The notes: generated from the letters alone by a model not told the origin. A stretch of DNA of 64,000 nt from Nitrospirota bacterium (GCA_963663225.1 OY760142.1:3168001-3232000), one strand, 5' to 3'; shown: positions 1-10,904, numbered from the stretch's first letter. Made by a program: numbers and translations.

Positions 1-104
1 AGCAGGTCGATGTAATTCTGCCAGCTTGCGTCTGCTGAAGCTTTTTCAGAATAGTCGATCCGGATAAACGTCTCTATTATGGAATTTAAATCAGGTGTAT
101 TCAT
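1..104 (-). CDS. 5' part of a hypothetical protein running off the left edge (MNTPDLNSIIETFIRIDYSEKASADASWQNYIDLL...)
   Basis: ATG at 104-102, frame open to position 1; same strand as the upstream flavoprotein gene; read by hand, absent from the ORF track. Confidence 0.5.
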   Translation of the reverse strand, partial: MNTPDLNSIIETFIRIDYSEKASADASWQNYIDL

Positions 105-137
105 TATTATACTTTTGCTGCTTTCAATCAGGTCATC

Positions 138-806
138 TCAGGCCGTTTTTACCTTTTGTGCAAATCGCGCGCCCATTTCAAAAGTCTTCTGACAATCCTG
201 TGGAAATATTTCCTTGCGCCTCTTTGCCTTGTCTTCAGGATTGAAACGGTCTGCCACATACTTGGAATAATCGTCAAACTGATAGGTGTCGAAACAGAAA
301 ATCGACTCGGAATGTCCGAAAATGCGCTGCAGGAACATTTCATTCCGGCTGAGATGTTTTGCATAGCCGAATTTTTCCATGAGGTCCTCCGGGACCCCCA
401 TGGTGTAAATAAAACCGGTGCTGATCTTTCGCGGGAAAAGAGATTGAGGTGGATCGGTATAGGTATGATACGGAAACATAAGCCGCTCCAGAAATGATCT
501 CATTTCACCGGTAACCGTCGCAAAATAAATGGGAGACCCCAGAATAAGAGCGCCGATTTCTTCGATTTTCTTTAAGATCGGCGTCAACCCATCCTGCACC
601 GCGCATTTGCCGTAACTCTTGCCTCCCCTCACTTTGCAGGCAAAGCAGCTTATGCAACCTTTGAAATTGAGATCGTATAAATGTATCAGTTCTGTTTCCG
701 CGCCTTGTGCGGCAGCGCCTTCCAGAGCCTTTTCCAGCAGCGTAGCGGTGTTCCACTTTTTTCTAGGGCTTCCGTTCACGGCAATAATTTTCATAAGCGC
801 TACCAC
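138..806 (-). CDS. Iron-sulfur flavoprotein / NADPH-dependent FMN reductase (flavodoxin) family; probable start at the MKIIAVNGS Met
   Basis: NGSPRKKWNT FMN-binding loop, CISCFAC...C cluster motif, GSPIYF. Confidence 0.85.
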   Translation of the reverse strand: MVALMKIIAVNGSPRKKWNTATLLEKALEGAAAQGAETELIHLYDLNFKGCISCFACKVRGGKSYGKCAVQDGLTPILKKIEEIGALILGSPIYFATVTGEMRSFLERLMFPYHTYTDPPQSLFPRKISTGFIYTMGVPEDLMEKFGYAKHLSRNEMFLQRIFGHSESIFCFDTYQFDDYSKYVADRFNPEDKAKRRKEIFPQDCQKTFEMGARFAQKVKTA

Positions 807-872
807 CCTTGTTCAGGTTTGATCCGGTCAAAGTGCGGCATGCAGACAAATCACCTGCTGACAAAAAAGACG

Positions 873-1319
873 TTATTGCCCGGTTCGTTTTCCGGATAAA
901 GGACTACACGAATCGTCCTGCGATTGGCTTTTTTGGATCGATCCGAATATCATGTCCAGTACCTCTTTCTGTTTCCCTTCAAATTTATTCAATACAGCCA
1001 GACAGCTTCCCATGGGAAACCGCTTATGCAGATAATCCGCATCGCGTCCGGAAAGAATAACGATTCTGTTTTTATTCACTCCTTTTGCGATCGCGTACGA
1101 AAGCACCTTTGCCCCATCAAGACCCGGCATTTCGAGATCAACCAGCAGCAGGTCAAGGCCGGTCGAAATAAGAGCGAGGCATTTTATCGGATCATTGCAG
1201 GTAAGGACCTGAAGGCCGGGGTAGCGCTCCTCTACATATTTCTCGAGGAGATTCAAAAAAGCGGCATCATCATCAATCAGCAGGATTGTTTTCATTGTCT
1301 CCGGTCGAGGTATAGCCAT
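873..1319 (-). CDS. Single-domain response regulator (CheY-like receiver)
   Basis: ILLIDDD, LLVDLEMPGLDG phosphoacceptor motif, ILSG, conserved Lys. Confidence 0.85.
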   Translation of the reverse strand: MAIPRPETMKTILLIDDDAAFLNLLEKYVEERYPGLQVLTCNDPIKCLALISTGLDLLLVDLEMPGLDGAKVLSYAIAKGVNKNRIVILSGRDADYLHKRFPMGSCLAVLNKFEGKQKEVLDMIFGSIQKSQSQDDSCSPLSGKRTGQ

Positions 1320-1450
1320 CTTGCATCATCACGGCGACTATAGGCAACAGTTTTGCCCTTATCTGTGCCGTCCTTCCGTATGACATAGTTTATCAGACTT
1401 GGGAACCACATGCAAACAGCAAAGAGCGCTATCAAGCACCATTTCTGACA

Positions 1451-1479
1451 TTGTTTTTTTGAAAAAGTTACGCTATACT
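1451..1479 (+). promoter_or_regulatory. sigma70-like promoter of polA (near-leaderless)
   Basis: TTGTTT-17 nt-TATACT, 9 nt before ATG 1489; no Shine-Dalgarno. Confidence 0.5.
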
Positions 1480-1488
1480 CACCTACCT

Positions 1489-4167
1489 ATGACAACCCGG
1501 CAGTCCAGAAACACTTTCTACATTATAGACGGCAATTCCTATATCTACCGTGCGTTTTACGCCGTGCGGGGACTCAGCAACTCCTCCGGCCTGCCCACCA
1601 ATGCCGTATTCGGTTTTGCCAACATGCTTCTGAAAGTCATCAAAGAAAAATCTCCGGACATGCTTGCCATAGTCTTTGATCCCAAAGGCCCCACCCGCAG
1701 GCACGGCGAGTACAAAGAATACAAAGCCCATCGCCCTCCCATGCCGAAGGACCTGGTTCCGCAGATACCGTATATCCATAAGCTTGTGGAGGCGTTTCAC
1801 ATTCCGATCTTTGTCCAGGAAGGACAGGAGGCGGATGATGTAATCGCCACACTCAGCCGCAGGGCTGAAGCGGACGGCCACAAGATCGTTATTGTCACCG
1901 GAGACAAGGACATCCTGCAACTCGTCGGCCCAAACATCACCGTGTATGATACGCTGAAGGATAAGATATTCGAATCCAAAGATGTTGAAGAGCGCTGGGG
2001 GGTGCCGCCGGAGCAGATGGTTGAAATCATGGGACTCATGGGTGATGCGTCGGACAACATACCGGGCGTACCCGGCATCGGTGAGAAAACGGCGCAGTCG
2101 CTGATCAAAGAATATGGAACCATTGAAAATCTGCTTTCCCACACGCACAAAATAACCAAGCCGAAGCTGAAGCAATCCCTTATCGAATCGGCCCACCTCG
2201 CGCGCCTGAGCCGGGATCTCGCGGTCCTGCATACGGATGTTCCCCTCGACGTATCGTACGAAGCATTGAAGCCTAAAGAGCCTGATAACCACGCTCTGCT
2301 TCAGATTCTGCGGGAGCTCGAATTCACTTCACTGCTGAAGTATGTTTCCCGTGAGCCGCAACAGCAAGGCTCCTATGAGACCATCCTCGAAGAGCACCGG
2401 TTGCAGGAACTCATCCAGGTGCTTTCTTCCGCGCAGGAATTCTGCTTTGACACCGAGACGACGTCTCTTGATCCCATGCAGGCGGAACTGGTGGGAATTT
2501 CCTTTGCCGTCGAGCCGGGGCGCGGATTCTATCTTCCGCTCGGACACAGGTATGCCGGTGTTCCGAAGCAAATCGACCGAAACCATGCGCTGTCCCTGCT
2601 GAAGCCGCTCATGGAAAATGCCGCAATCAAGAAAATCGGCCAGAATATCAAATATGACCTGCTCGTGCTCAGCCACTACGGCATCACGGTGCGGGGCGTT
2701 TTCTTCGACACCATGATCGCATCCTACCTGCTGAACCCCGGCAAACCGTCACACGGCATGGACGCGCTCGCGCTTGAGTACCTTGATTACAAAACCATCA
2801 CGTATGCCGAGGTCGCTGGTACCGGCAAAAAACAGATCGGTTTTGACGCTGTCGAAATACCGACCGCAACGAGGTATTCCGGGGAAGACGCAGACATCAC
2901 ACTCCGGTTGAAACAGGTGCTCGCACCCCTTCTGCACGATCAAAATCTGGAGGAGTTGTTCCGGGACATGGAGATGCCGCTCATGGAAGTCCTTGCCGAC
3001 ATGGAGCGGACCGGCGTAAAAATAGATGCGGCCTTTCTGAATACCATGTCGAAAACACTGGGACGGCAAATAGCAGGAATCGAAAAAAGCATCTATGAAC
3101 TTGCAGGCATGGAATTCAATATCAATTCGCCGAAACAGCTTTCCGAACTTCTCTTTACGAAACTCAATCTTACACCGATCAAAAAAACAAAGACCGGGTT
3201 TTCGACCGACGTTGACGTGCTTGAGGAACTGGCCCACGCGCATCCCCTGCCGGCGGAAATACTCAAATACCGGACTCTCGCGAAACTCAAATCCACGTAT
3301 ATCGACGCTCTGCCCGCCATGATCAATCCGATGACCGGACGGCTGCATACCTCCCTCAACCAGACCGTGACCGCCACAGGCAGGCTGTCGAGCAGCGAGC
3401 CCAACCTGCAGAATATCCCCATACGCACCGAGGTGGGAAGGGAAATTCGACGGGCCTTTATCGCGGAACAAGGCGCGAGCCTGCTTTCCGCCGACTATTC
3501 GCAGATCGAGCTGCGCATTCTTGCGCACATGAGCAATGATCCCGCCCTGATCCAGACTTTTCAGCGGGATGAAGACGTGCATACACGCACCGCTTCGGAA
3601 ATATTCGGACTTCCTTCCGATGAAGTCACCCCCGAAATGCGACGAAAGGCAAAAGCCGTCAATTTCGGCATCATCTACGGCATCTCGGCCTTCGGCCTTG
3701 CCCAGGATATCGGCGTTTCCAATTCCGAGGCAAAGCGGTATATCGACAGCTACTTCGCCCGATATCCGCAGGTGCGCGCGTTTATTGACAACACAATTCA
3801 GGACGCAAAAAAGAACGGATTTGTCATCACCCTCTTTAACCGGAGGCGTTTTATCCCGGAACTCGCATCATCCACCGCCGCGGTGCGCAGCTTCGGCGAG
3901 CGCACGGCGGTGAACACGCCCATACAGGGTACCGCGGCAGACCTTATCAAACTGGCCATGATCCGAATCCAGGCATGCATCTCTCACCAGAAGCTGTCCT
4001 CTAAAATGATCCTGCAGGTGCATGATGAACTGGTGTTTGAAATACCCGACCAGGAAATCGATGCTATGAAGAAGCTTGTCAGAAAAGAAATGGAAGGCGT
4101 GCTCGACCTGTCGGTCCCGATCAAAGTGGATCTAGGCATTGGAAAAAACTGGGATGAAGCGCATTGA
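1489..4167 (+). CDS. polA: DNA polymerase I
   Basis: IDGNSYIYRAFYA 5'-exonuclease, FDTETTSL 3'-5' exonuclease, DYSQIELR motif A, KAVNFGIIYG motif B, QVHDEL motif C; start placed at ATG 1489 rather than the upstream TTG. Confidence 0.97.
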   Translation: MTTRQSRNTFYIIDGNSYIYRAFYAVRGLSNSSGLPTNAVFGFANMLLKVIKEKSPDMLAIVFDPKGPTRRHGEYKEYKAHRPPMPKDLVPQIPYIHKLVEAFHIPIFVQEGQEADDVIATLSRRAEADGHKIVIVTGDKDILQLVGPNITVYDTLKDKIFESKDVEERWGVPPEQMVEIMGLMGDASDNIPGVPGIGEKTAQSLIKEYGTIENLLSHTHKITKPKLKQSLIESAHLARLSRDLAVLHTDVPLDVSYEALKPKEPDNHALLQILRELEFTSLLKYVSREPQQQGSYETILEEHRLQELIQVLSSAQEFCFDTETTSLDPMQAELVGISFAVEPGRGFYLPLGHRYAGVPKQIDRNHALSLLKPLMENAAIKKIGQNIKYDLLVLSHYGITVRGVFFDTMIASYLLNPGKPSHGMDALALEYLDYKTITYAEVAGTGKKQIGFDAVEIPTATRYSGEDADITLRLKQVLAPLLHDQNLEELFRDMEMPLMEVLADMERTGVKIDAAFLNTMSKTLGRQIAGIEKSIYELAGMEFNINSPKQLSELLFTKLNLTPIKKTKTGFSTDVDVLEELAHAHPLPAEILKYRTLAKLKSTYIDALPAMINPMTGRLHTSLNQTVTATGRLSSSEPNLQNIPIRTEVGREIRRAFIAEQGASLLSADYSQIELRILAHMSNDPALIQTFQRDEDVHTRTASEIFGLPSDEVTPEMRRKAKAVNFGIIYGISAFGLAQDIGVSNSEAKRYIDSYFARYPQVRAFIDNTIQDAKKNGFVITLFNRRRFIPELASSTAAVRSFGERTAVNTPIQGTAADLIKLAMIRIQACISHQKLSSKMILQVHDELVFEIPDQEIDAMKKLVRKEMEGVLDLSVPIKVDLGIGKNWDEAH

Positions 4168-4278
4168 TCGTTCTGCAAAGAGAAATCATAATCACGACTC
4201 AGGCGCGCTGAGAACCGGCAATTTCATTCCTAATTCAATATTACAGAAAAAGTTTTATTCAGTTTTAGAAAGGATTTC

Positions 4279-5388
4279 ATGACGCAAAAAATCAAACACA
4301 TACCCTTTGACGTCTCCGAACAATTTATAGCAGACGTATTCATCGCCCTCGGGGTACAGGAGTCCGACGCCAGGACCTGTGCCGAAATTCTCACGGAGGC
4401 CGACAAACGGGGCATCGATTCTCACGGCATCGCACGTTTGAAAACCATTTACTACGACCGGATCAGAGAAGGCATTCAGTTTCCCAATGCACCGTTCGAG
4501 ATAGTCCGTGAAGGACCAACCACTGCGGTTGTGGACGGGAACAACGGCATGGGCCACGTGATAGCAAAAAAATCCATGGCCATCGCCATAGAAAAAGCTA
4601 AAAAATTCGGTATGGGTATGGTGGCTGTGCGGAATTCCACGCATTACGGCATTGCCGGTTATTACGTCATGATGGCGGCGGAGGCCGGCATGATCGGCAT
4701 GACGGGTACCAATGCGCGGCCCTCCGTGGCCCCCACGTTCGGGATCGAGAACATGCTCGGAACAAACCCGATCACCTTCGGCCTGCCCACGGATGAGGAA
4801 TTTCCCTTTGTGCTCGACTGCGCGACTTCTCTCACCCAGCGGGGGCAGATAGAAGTGTACGCGCGGGAGGGTCGAGATATACCGGAAGGCTGGGTGATCG
4901 GAGAAAACGGAAAAGCCAGAACCGACTCCAAACAGATACTCGGAGACCTGGTGAAGGGCAAAGCCGCACTTACTCCGCTCGGCGGCATTGGGGATGAAAC
5001 CGCCGGATACAAAGGGTACGGCTACAGCACGGTCGTGGAAATACTGTCGGCAGCGCTGCAAGGCGGCAACTTTCTCAAGATGCTTGTCGGCATGGAAAAC
5101 GGCAAAAAAGTCCCCTATCGGCTCGGCCATTTTTTCATCGTCATGGACATATCGGCGTTCACCGACCTGCAGGAATTCAAAAAAACCGCCGGATCAATTC
5201 TGCGCCAACTGCGCGCATCAAAAAAAATGCCGGGAAGGGACAAAATCTACACCGCGGGAGAGAAAGAATATCTGACGTGGCTTGAGCGAAAAAGCACGGG
5301 CGTGCCCCTGGTGGAAGAGACGCAGAACGAAATCCGTCACATGATTCAAGAGCTGGGCCTGAAGAAGTATGAAAACCTGCTGCTATGA
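4279..5388 (+). CDS. Ldh_2 family (malate/L-lactate/sulfolactate) dehydrogenase
   Basis: GIDSHGIARL, VRNSTHYG, GTNPITFG, YKGYG motifs. Confidence 0.9.
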   Translation: MTQKIKHIPFDVSEQFIADVFIALGVQESDARTCAEILTEADKRGIDSHGIARLKTIYYDRIREGIQFPNAPFEIVREGPTTAVVDGNNGMGHVIAKKSMAIAIEKAKKFGMGMVAVRNSTHYGIAGYYVMMAAEAGMIGMTGTNARPSVAPTFGIENMLGTNPITFGLPTDEEFPFVLDCATSLTQRGQIEVYAREGRDIPEGWVIGENGKARTDSKQILGDLVKGKAALTPLGGIGDETAGYKGYGYSTVVEILSAALQGGNFLKMLVGMENGKKVPYRLGHFFIVMDISAFTDLQEFKKTAGSILRQLRASKKMPGRDKIYTAGEKEYLTWLERKSTGVPLVEETQNEIRHMIQELGLKKYENLLL

Positions 5389-8001
5389 TTCTGCAATTTC
5401 GAGCAATAGTGCCCGTATTTTTTCAAGACGGAATGAATCAGTAATCTTGAGGTGCAGCAAATCCGTCACGTAGAATGAATCCATGATGCGCGCTCCCTCG
5501 GTTACGATTTTCGCCGAACCGATGTCAAGGTTGAGGTCGTACAACGCTTTTGTGATACGGTACAGAAACCCCACCTGGTCACGAGCCGTGATGTCAATAA
5601 TTGTATAGGTGTAGGACGTTTCGTTATCAAACTCAACCCCGGCAGTGATGGTTCCGGGAACCACCTTGTCCGAAGCAAACAACCGGGGCTGCGGCGGTCT
5701 GCTCCTGTTCGCCAGCGCTTTCCTGAGCTCTGCCATCACGCTCTTCCATGCCGGCTCATAGTCATACAGCTTTCCTTCCGGTCCCGTAATCTGGAACGTG
5801 TCGATCATCACGCCGTTTCTGGACGTGTACACCTGCGCGCGAAGGATGCTCAAATTCTTCGTGGCAATTGTCCCTGACGTACGATAAAACATCCCGTATG
5901 CATCGTACGCACAAATCGTAAGTTCCGTGTACCCGCGCTCGGGGTAATGGCGGTGCTGAAGCACCAGCTGCTCTCCCGGAAGCCTTTTTACCATGCTCAT
6001 GTGGTCAACGACTTTATGTGGGGAGGTATAGATGATGTACTGGTCGGACATGGAGTCTAAAAACGCTGCAATCTCTTCAGGCGTAAATAACGAGGCCGCC
6101 GTTTTACGGATGTTTTCTGATGCTGTTGAAAATCGCACCCGCGCCGCTTCCACAGCCTGCGCGCTCGTATCGAGAGCGCCGAGTGTTCTCACATAAAGCT
6201 CGGAAAGCAACCCTGCCTTCCATTGTGTCCATGCTGTCGGGTTTACTGCAGAGATATCTGCAAAGGTGAGCAAATACAGCATGACAAGGTTTTCCCGGTT
6301 GCGCACGGTCCGGCAGAAACTGGCGATCACTTTCTGGTCGGTGAGTTCCCTGCGCTGAGACAACGAGGTCATCACCAGATGATTTTTGATGAGAAAAAGA
6401 ATGCGGTCCCGGTCCTCCCCGACAACGTTGAGCCTTGACAGAATCTTCTCCGCGAGGTCAACCCCCTTGACTTCATGTTCATGCCGGTATATTTTCCCCA
6501 GATCGTGCAGCAGGACCGCAAGGAACAGGACCCACCGTTTTTTGATGCTTTTAAACGCCTCAAACAGCGTGGAATTCGCGGGAAACCTGCCGGTCCAAAT
6601 ATTTTGAAGATTCCTGATGGCGAGCAGAATATGCTCATCCACTGTGTATTTATGGTAATAATCGTGCTTCGCAAACGCCTGGACAGCACGGAACTCGGGG
6701 ATATATCTGCCGAGGAACTTCAGGTCCTTCATCAGCGTAAGCGTTTCCCACAGCATGTCGGGGTTGTTTAATATGGTGAGAAAAATAGCTGCAGCTTCGG
6801 GGGATGATCGTGCCTCATCGCCGATTCTGCATTCACGTATGGTGCTTCGAAGACGGTCTGAAAAAACGGCATGCCGCGACTGGGCGATTTCGAAAGCGGA
6901 CAGGATGAGGGCCGGGTCCTTTGCGGAAGCATCGGGCGTGTCCAGGAGGAGGGTTTTTCCGGCGAGTTTGAACGACCCCAAAGAGACGGTCCGTGAAAAC
7001 CAGTGTCTGGGCGGTTTCCGCAGTATTGCGTCAAGCACCATATCAGTGAATTCCCTGATATTTCTCGCATGCAGAAAATAGGCCTTCATGAACCGCTCGA
7101 CTGCGAGTAAATTGGCTGAATTCCGGTAGTGAAAATCCTCCGCCGTCCGCTCCTGCAAGTCGAAGGTAAGATGGTCATTCTTCCGGCCGGAGAGAAAATG
7201 GATTTCGTTCCGCAGACGCCAGAGAAAATTTCTGGCGCGCAAAAAAGCGGCATACTGGCCATCGGTTATAATGCCTTTGCCGACCAGTTCGCCGAGCGAT
7301 GATACGCGGTAATGGGTGAATGCGGCCCACAATGCGGTGTGAAAATCCCTGAGGCCGCCCTCGCCTTCTTTGATGTTCGGTTCCCTGAGATAAATGGACC
7401 CTCCGAATTGACGGCGGGTCGCAAGCCGTTCTGACACTTTTTCCGCTATAAACGCCGCCGGTTTTTGATAAAAGACCTCACCCTGCATGGTGCGAATATA
7501 GCTGTCATAGATGCCGGTATTTCCGGCAATAAGGCGGGATTCTATGAGAGATGTGCGTATTTTGCCGTCCTGCCGGCAAAGCGATACGCATTCCTTCATG
7601 GTACGAACGCTGTAACCGACATCCAAACCGGCGTCCCACAGCGGATACAGCAGTTTCGGCGCGTGCTGCCGATCCGCTTCGTCCCGGCAGAGGAGCATGA
7701 TGTCGATATCCGAGTATGGGTTTAGTTCTCCCCTGCCGTAACCGCCTATGGCGACCAGCGTCGGCAGGGAATCCGCTATCGAGGCTTCTGCGTATGCGTT
7801 GCGAAGCACCTGGTCAATGAGGGCAGTACGGCGCTGGACGATCTCGCTGCCACTCGCTCCGTCAAAATGGGCAGTACGGATTGCCGAGCTCACGTCTGCA
7901 AGGATGGTTTTAATATTGTTACTGTTTTTTCCTGACAATTTGTCCTTCGGGCAGTTACAAAAAACCGGTGGAGCAGGATGACTGTTACCGTTTAAATACA
8001 A
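5383..8001 (-). CDS. glnD: [Protein-PII] uridylyltransferase/uridylyl-removing enzyme
   Basis: AIGGYGRGELNPYSDID nucleotidyltransferase motif, EPNIKEGEGGLRD, HKYTVDEH...LLHDLGK HD domain, two C-terminal ACT domains. Confidence 0.95.
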   Translation of the reverse strand: MYLNGNSHPAPPVFCNCPKDKLSGKNSNNIKTILADVSSAIRTAHFDGASGSEIVQRRTALIDQVLRNAYAEASIADSLPTLVAIGGYGRGELNPYSDIDIMLLCRDEADRQHAPKLLYPLWDAGLDVGYSVRTMKECVSLCRQDGKIRTSLIESRLIAGNTGIYDSYIRTMQGEVFYQKPAAFIAEKVSERLATRRQFGGSIYLREPNIKEGEGGLRDFHTALWAAFTHYRVSSLGELVGKGIITDGQYAAFLRARNFLWRLRNEIHFLSGRKNDHLTFDLQERTAEDFHYRNSANLLAVERFMKAYFLHARNIREFTDMVLDAILRKPPRHWFSRTVSLGSFKLAGKTLLLDTPDASAKDPALILSAFEIAQSRHAVFSDRLRSTIRECRIGDEARSSPEAAAIFLTILNNPDMLWETLTLMKDLKFLGRYIPEFRAVQAFAKHDYYHKYTVDEHILLAIRNLQNIWTGRFPANSTLFEAFKSIKKRWVLFLAVLLHDLGKIYRHEHEVKGVDLAEKILSRLNVVGEDRDRILFLIKNHLVMTSLSQRRELTDQKVIASFCRTVRNRENLVMLYLLTFADISAVNPTAWTQWKAGLLSELYVRTLGALDTSAQAVEAARVRFSTASENIRKTAASLFTPEEIAAFLDSMSDQYIIYTSPHKVVDHMSMVKRLPGEQLVLQHRHYPERGYTELTICAYDAYGMFYRTSGTIATKNLSILRAQVYTSRNGVMIDTFQITGPEGKLYDYEPAWKSVMAELRKALANRSRPPQPRLFASDKVVPGTITAGVEFDNETSYTYTIIDITARDQVGFLYRITKALYDLNLDIGSAKIVTEGARIMDSFYVTDLLHLKITDSFRLEKIRALLLEIAES

Positions 8002-8395
8002 TCGATTTCAGCTCTTCAATCATGAGCGTGAACGTGCCGAATTTTGCTTCTCCATAACAGCGGGTTTTCGCATCGATATCAAAGCTCGTTTCTGTCCCGT
8101 CTATAAGGCGCACCGCGACTTTCATGAACCGGTCACGCCGTTCCTGCACGGTCAGTTCTTTTATCTTATCGAAGGGAATTGTTACCTGCATCATGCCGAT
8201 GTTTCCGGCGAAATGAATGCGCCCTTCCCAACTGAATTTTTCTCCTTCAATCCTGACTCCTGATGCATCAGTAACGACAACGGTGTAATTCTTCTCCACC
8301 CGTGGTGCTCGTTCCACCCCACCGGTCCCGCCCATTGCCGTCAGGAGGAGGAATGCACCAAGAAGAGCGGCGATACAGAACAGTCGTCGAAACAT
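7985..8395 (-). CDS. Exported hypothetical protein overlapping the glnD start
   Basis: GAAAGGAG RBS, N-terminal hydrophobic signal, beta-rich body. Confidence 0.75.
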   Translation of the reverse strand: MFRRLFCIAALLGAFLLLTAMGGTGGVERAPRVEKNYTVVVTDASGVRIEGEKFSWEGRIHFAGNIGMMQVTIPFDKIKELTVQERRDRFMKVAVRLIDGTETSFDIDAKTRCYGEAKFGTFTLMIEELKSIVFKR

Positions 8396-8629
8396 TGATA
8401 ATCTCCTTTCAACAGCTGATTTTATTCTAAAATAAGATTACCATGAAGCTGCATCGCTTTCAAGAAAAAAGCCTGCTGTGACAAATCGGTGACGTAATTC
8501 CTGTTGGGAAAAGATCATGAACAAGTCTGTCACGATAGAGTGAAAAAAGCTTGCAAAGGACAACCCGTTTGTGTAAGGTACGAAGGATATCGGCAGTCAG
8601 TTGAATATAATGCGATTTAAGGACTCTGC

Positions 8630-9403
8630 ATGCACAATACGTTCCAATCACTGATCGACCTGATGGCCAGACTTCGCGGACCGGGAGGCTGCCCTTGGGA
8701 CCGCAAACAGACAACCGATTCACTCAAACCGTTCCTTATCGAGGAATGTTATGAAGTCGTGGACGCTCTCGACGAAGGGGCTCCTGATAAAATCAAGGAA
8801 GAACTGGGAGACCTGCTGTTCCAGATCATGTTCCATGCGCGCCTTGCGGAGGAACAGGGACAGTTCACCATCGATGATGTGATCAGCGGCAGCGTTGAAA
8901 AAATGATCCGCCGCCATCCTCATGTATTCGGCGATGCGCAGCTCAACACCGACAAGGATGTCCTTGCAAACTGGGAACAAATAAAAAAGAAAGAAAAAAC
9001 CCATCAGGAGCGTAAATCCGTCCTTGAGGGCGTTCCGAAGCACCTGCCCTCCCTTCTTCGTGCCCACAGCCTTCAGCAACGCGCCGCCCGCGTAGGATTC
9101 GATTGGAACAAAATTGATGAAGCCCTGCCCAAGCTTGATGAAGAAATGGCCGAGTTCAAGGCATCGCTCAAGCAAAAAGATGCTGCAGGCATTGAAGAGG
9201 AACTCGGCGATATCTTCTTCATGTTGGTGAATATTTCAAGGTTCCTGGGCGTCAATCCTGATGCAGCTCTGCGCAAAACCATCAGCAAATTCATCCACCG
9301 TTTCCGATATATCGAGGAACACGCAGCCGACGCCGGAAAAACACTGAATGAGATGACGCTGGAAGAGATGGAAATGCTGTGGCAAAAAAGCAAAGCGAAA
9401 TAA
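8630..9403 (+). CDS. mazG: Nucleoside triphosphate pyrophosphohydrolase MazG
   Basis: GCPWDRKQT, EECYEV, EELGDLL, RRHPHVFG; tandem MazG domains. Confidence 0.95.
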   Translation: MHNTFQSLIDLMARLRGPGGCPWDRKQTTDSLKPFLIEECYEVVDALDEGAPDKIKEELGDLLFQIMFHARLAEEQGQFTIDDVISGSVEKMIRRHPHVFGDAQLNTDKDVLANWEQIKKKEKTHQERKSVLEGVPKHLPSLLRAHSLQQRAARVGFDWNKIDEALPKLDEEMAEFKASLKQKDAAGIEEELGDIFFMLVNISRFLGVNPDAALRKTISKFIHRFRYIEEHAADAGKTLNEMTLEEMEMLWQKSKAK

Positions 9404-9500
9404 ACATGCATATTCGCCGCTGCACCCGGTGTGATGAAGGCAAAGCAATCAACAAGAAAGTTTTCTATAATAAATTATAAAACAATACTTGAGGGCTGAA

Positions 9501-10340
9501 ATGAGAAAAACCGCACTTATTTTCATCGTCCTGAGTTTGATGCTGTGCACCAGTGGAATTGCAGATGAATCCGAACGTGTCGGGGCCGGTCAAAAAGGGA
9601 CCACGCTTTCACTCGCGTATGACGGCAACTATCTCTATTATAAGGAAGTAGCTGGTGGAGAAGGCATCGACCGGGACACCAGCTGGCAGAGCGGCGCTTT
9701 TCTTGAACTCCGGGGAGACAACGAATTCCTGTTCGCGCGCATCGCGACCAGCTTTGTCATGTCTACTTCCGCACGATATACCGGGGCGCTCCAAAACGGC
9801 ACCCCTCTCACCACAGACACGAAAGAGCAGGTTTACAATGGAGAAGTCAATATCGGTTTTAAAGCGCTGAACCTCGGCCCAACAACCCTGTCGCCCTATG
9901 CCGGAATCGGATACCATTTCTGGAGACGGGGCGAAGACAATCTTCCTGTCTATCAGGAAGACTATAAATGGTGGTATGTTGCGGCAGGCCTTAATTTTGC
10001 TGCCAGATTCGACAAACTGCTTCTTAGTCTCGATGGTGCGGTTATGTTTCCCTTTGACGCCGAGATGAAAACCAGCACGGCCGGACTATACGATGAAGCC
10101 ACCTTTAATATCAAATCGCGTCCCGGCTTTCGGGCCGACGCCACAATAAACTACACCGTGTACTCAAACGAGAAAATCAACCTGATCGTCTTTGCCAATC
10201 CCTACTATCAGCGCTGGAACATCGGCGCATCAGATTCCGTTGTTCAGACCCGCGGGGGAACTCCTGTTAACATGGCCTACGAGCCAAAAAGCAATACTGA
10301 TATCTACGGAGTCAGGATCGGCCTGGGGATCAACTTTTAA
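9501..10340 (+). CDS. Outer-membrane beta-barrel protein
   Basis: Signal peptide, alternating aromatic beta strands, C-terminal GLGINF ending in Phe; start placed at ATG 9501 after GAGGG. Confidence 0.75.
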   Translation: MRKTALIFIVLSLMLCTSGIADESERVGAGQKGTTLSLAYDGNYLYYKEVAGGEGIDRDTSWQSGAFLELRGDNEFLFARIATSFVMSTSARYTGALQNGTPLTTDTKEQVYNGEVNIGFKALNLGPTTLSPYAGIGYHFWRRGEDNLPVYQEDYKWWYVAAGLNFAARFDKLLLSLDGAVMFPFDAEMKTSTAGLYDEATFNIKSRPGFRADATINYTVYSNEKINLIVFANPYYQRWNIGASDSVVQTRGGTPVNMAYEPKSNTDIYGVRIGLGINF

Positions 10341-10366
10341 ACCGCTTTTTCAACCAGGCGAATAAA

Positions 10367-10876
10367 ATGAAGATTGACATGTTTATCAGTGTCTTGACAG
10401 CAGCACAGGTTGAAACAGTCGCGGTTCTGGCCCGAAAAATCTGGACAGAACACTATGTTCCTCTGATCGGCAAGGAACAGGTTAAGTACATGCTCCATAA
10501 GTTTCAATCGACACAGGCCATTGCCGACCAGATCACAAATGGACATCTGTATTTTCTGATAATGAATAGCGAACGCCCTGTCGGTTATCTAAGCGTCCAG
10601 CCCAGAAACGAGGAGTTGTTTTTGAGCAAGCTGTATGTTGTCTCATCCGAACGCAACAACGGCTTTGGCAGATCGGCCATTCACTTTTGCCAAAGGATTG
10701 CTCAGGAGAGGAACCTGAACAAAATCACGCTCACCGTGAATAAAATGAATCAAAATTCCATCAATGCCTATCTAAAGTTCGGTTTCAAAAATCAAGGCCC
10801 GATTCTTCAGGATATCGGCAACGGGTTTGTGATGGATGATTATAAAATGGAAAAAGTTTTTACTGACGGCAAATAA
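10367..10876 (+). CDS. GNAT family N-acetyltransferase
   Basis: LSKLYV...RNNGFG acetyl-CoA motif; LTVNKMN...AYLKFGF. Confidence 0.9.
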   Translation: MKIDMFISVLTAAQVETVAVLARKIWTEHYVPLIGKEQVKYMLHKFQSTQAIADQITNGHLYFLIMNSERPVGYLSVQPRNEELFLSKLYVVSSERNNGFGRSAIHFCQRIAQERNLNKITLTVNKMNQNSINAYLKFGFKNQGPILQDIGNGFVMDDYKMEKVFTDGK

Positions 10877-10904
10877 TAGATTTAGGAAATGGAATAAAAT
10901 TCGC

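Noticed and set aside
1483-5130. Long minus-strand ORFs (269, 277 and 291 aa)
   Set aside because: Antisense to polA and the Ldh_2 gene, which carry clear family motifs
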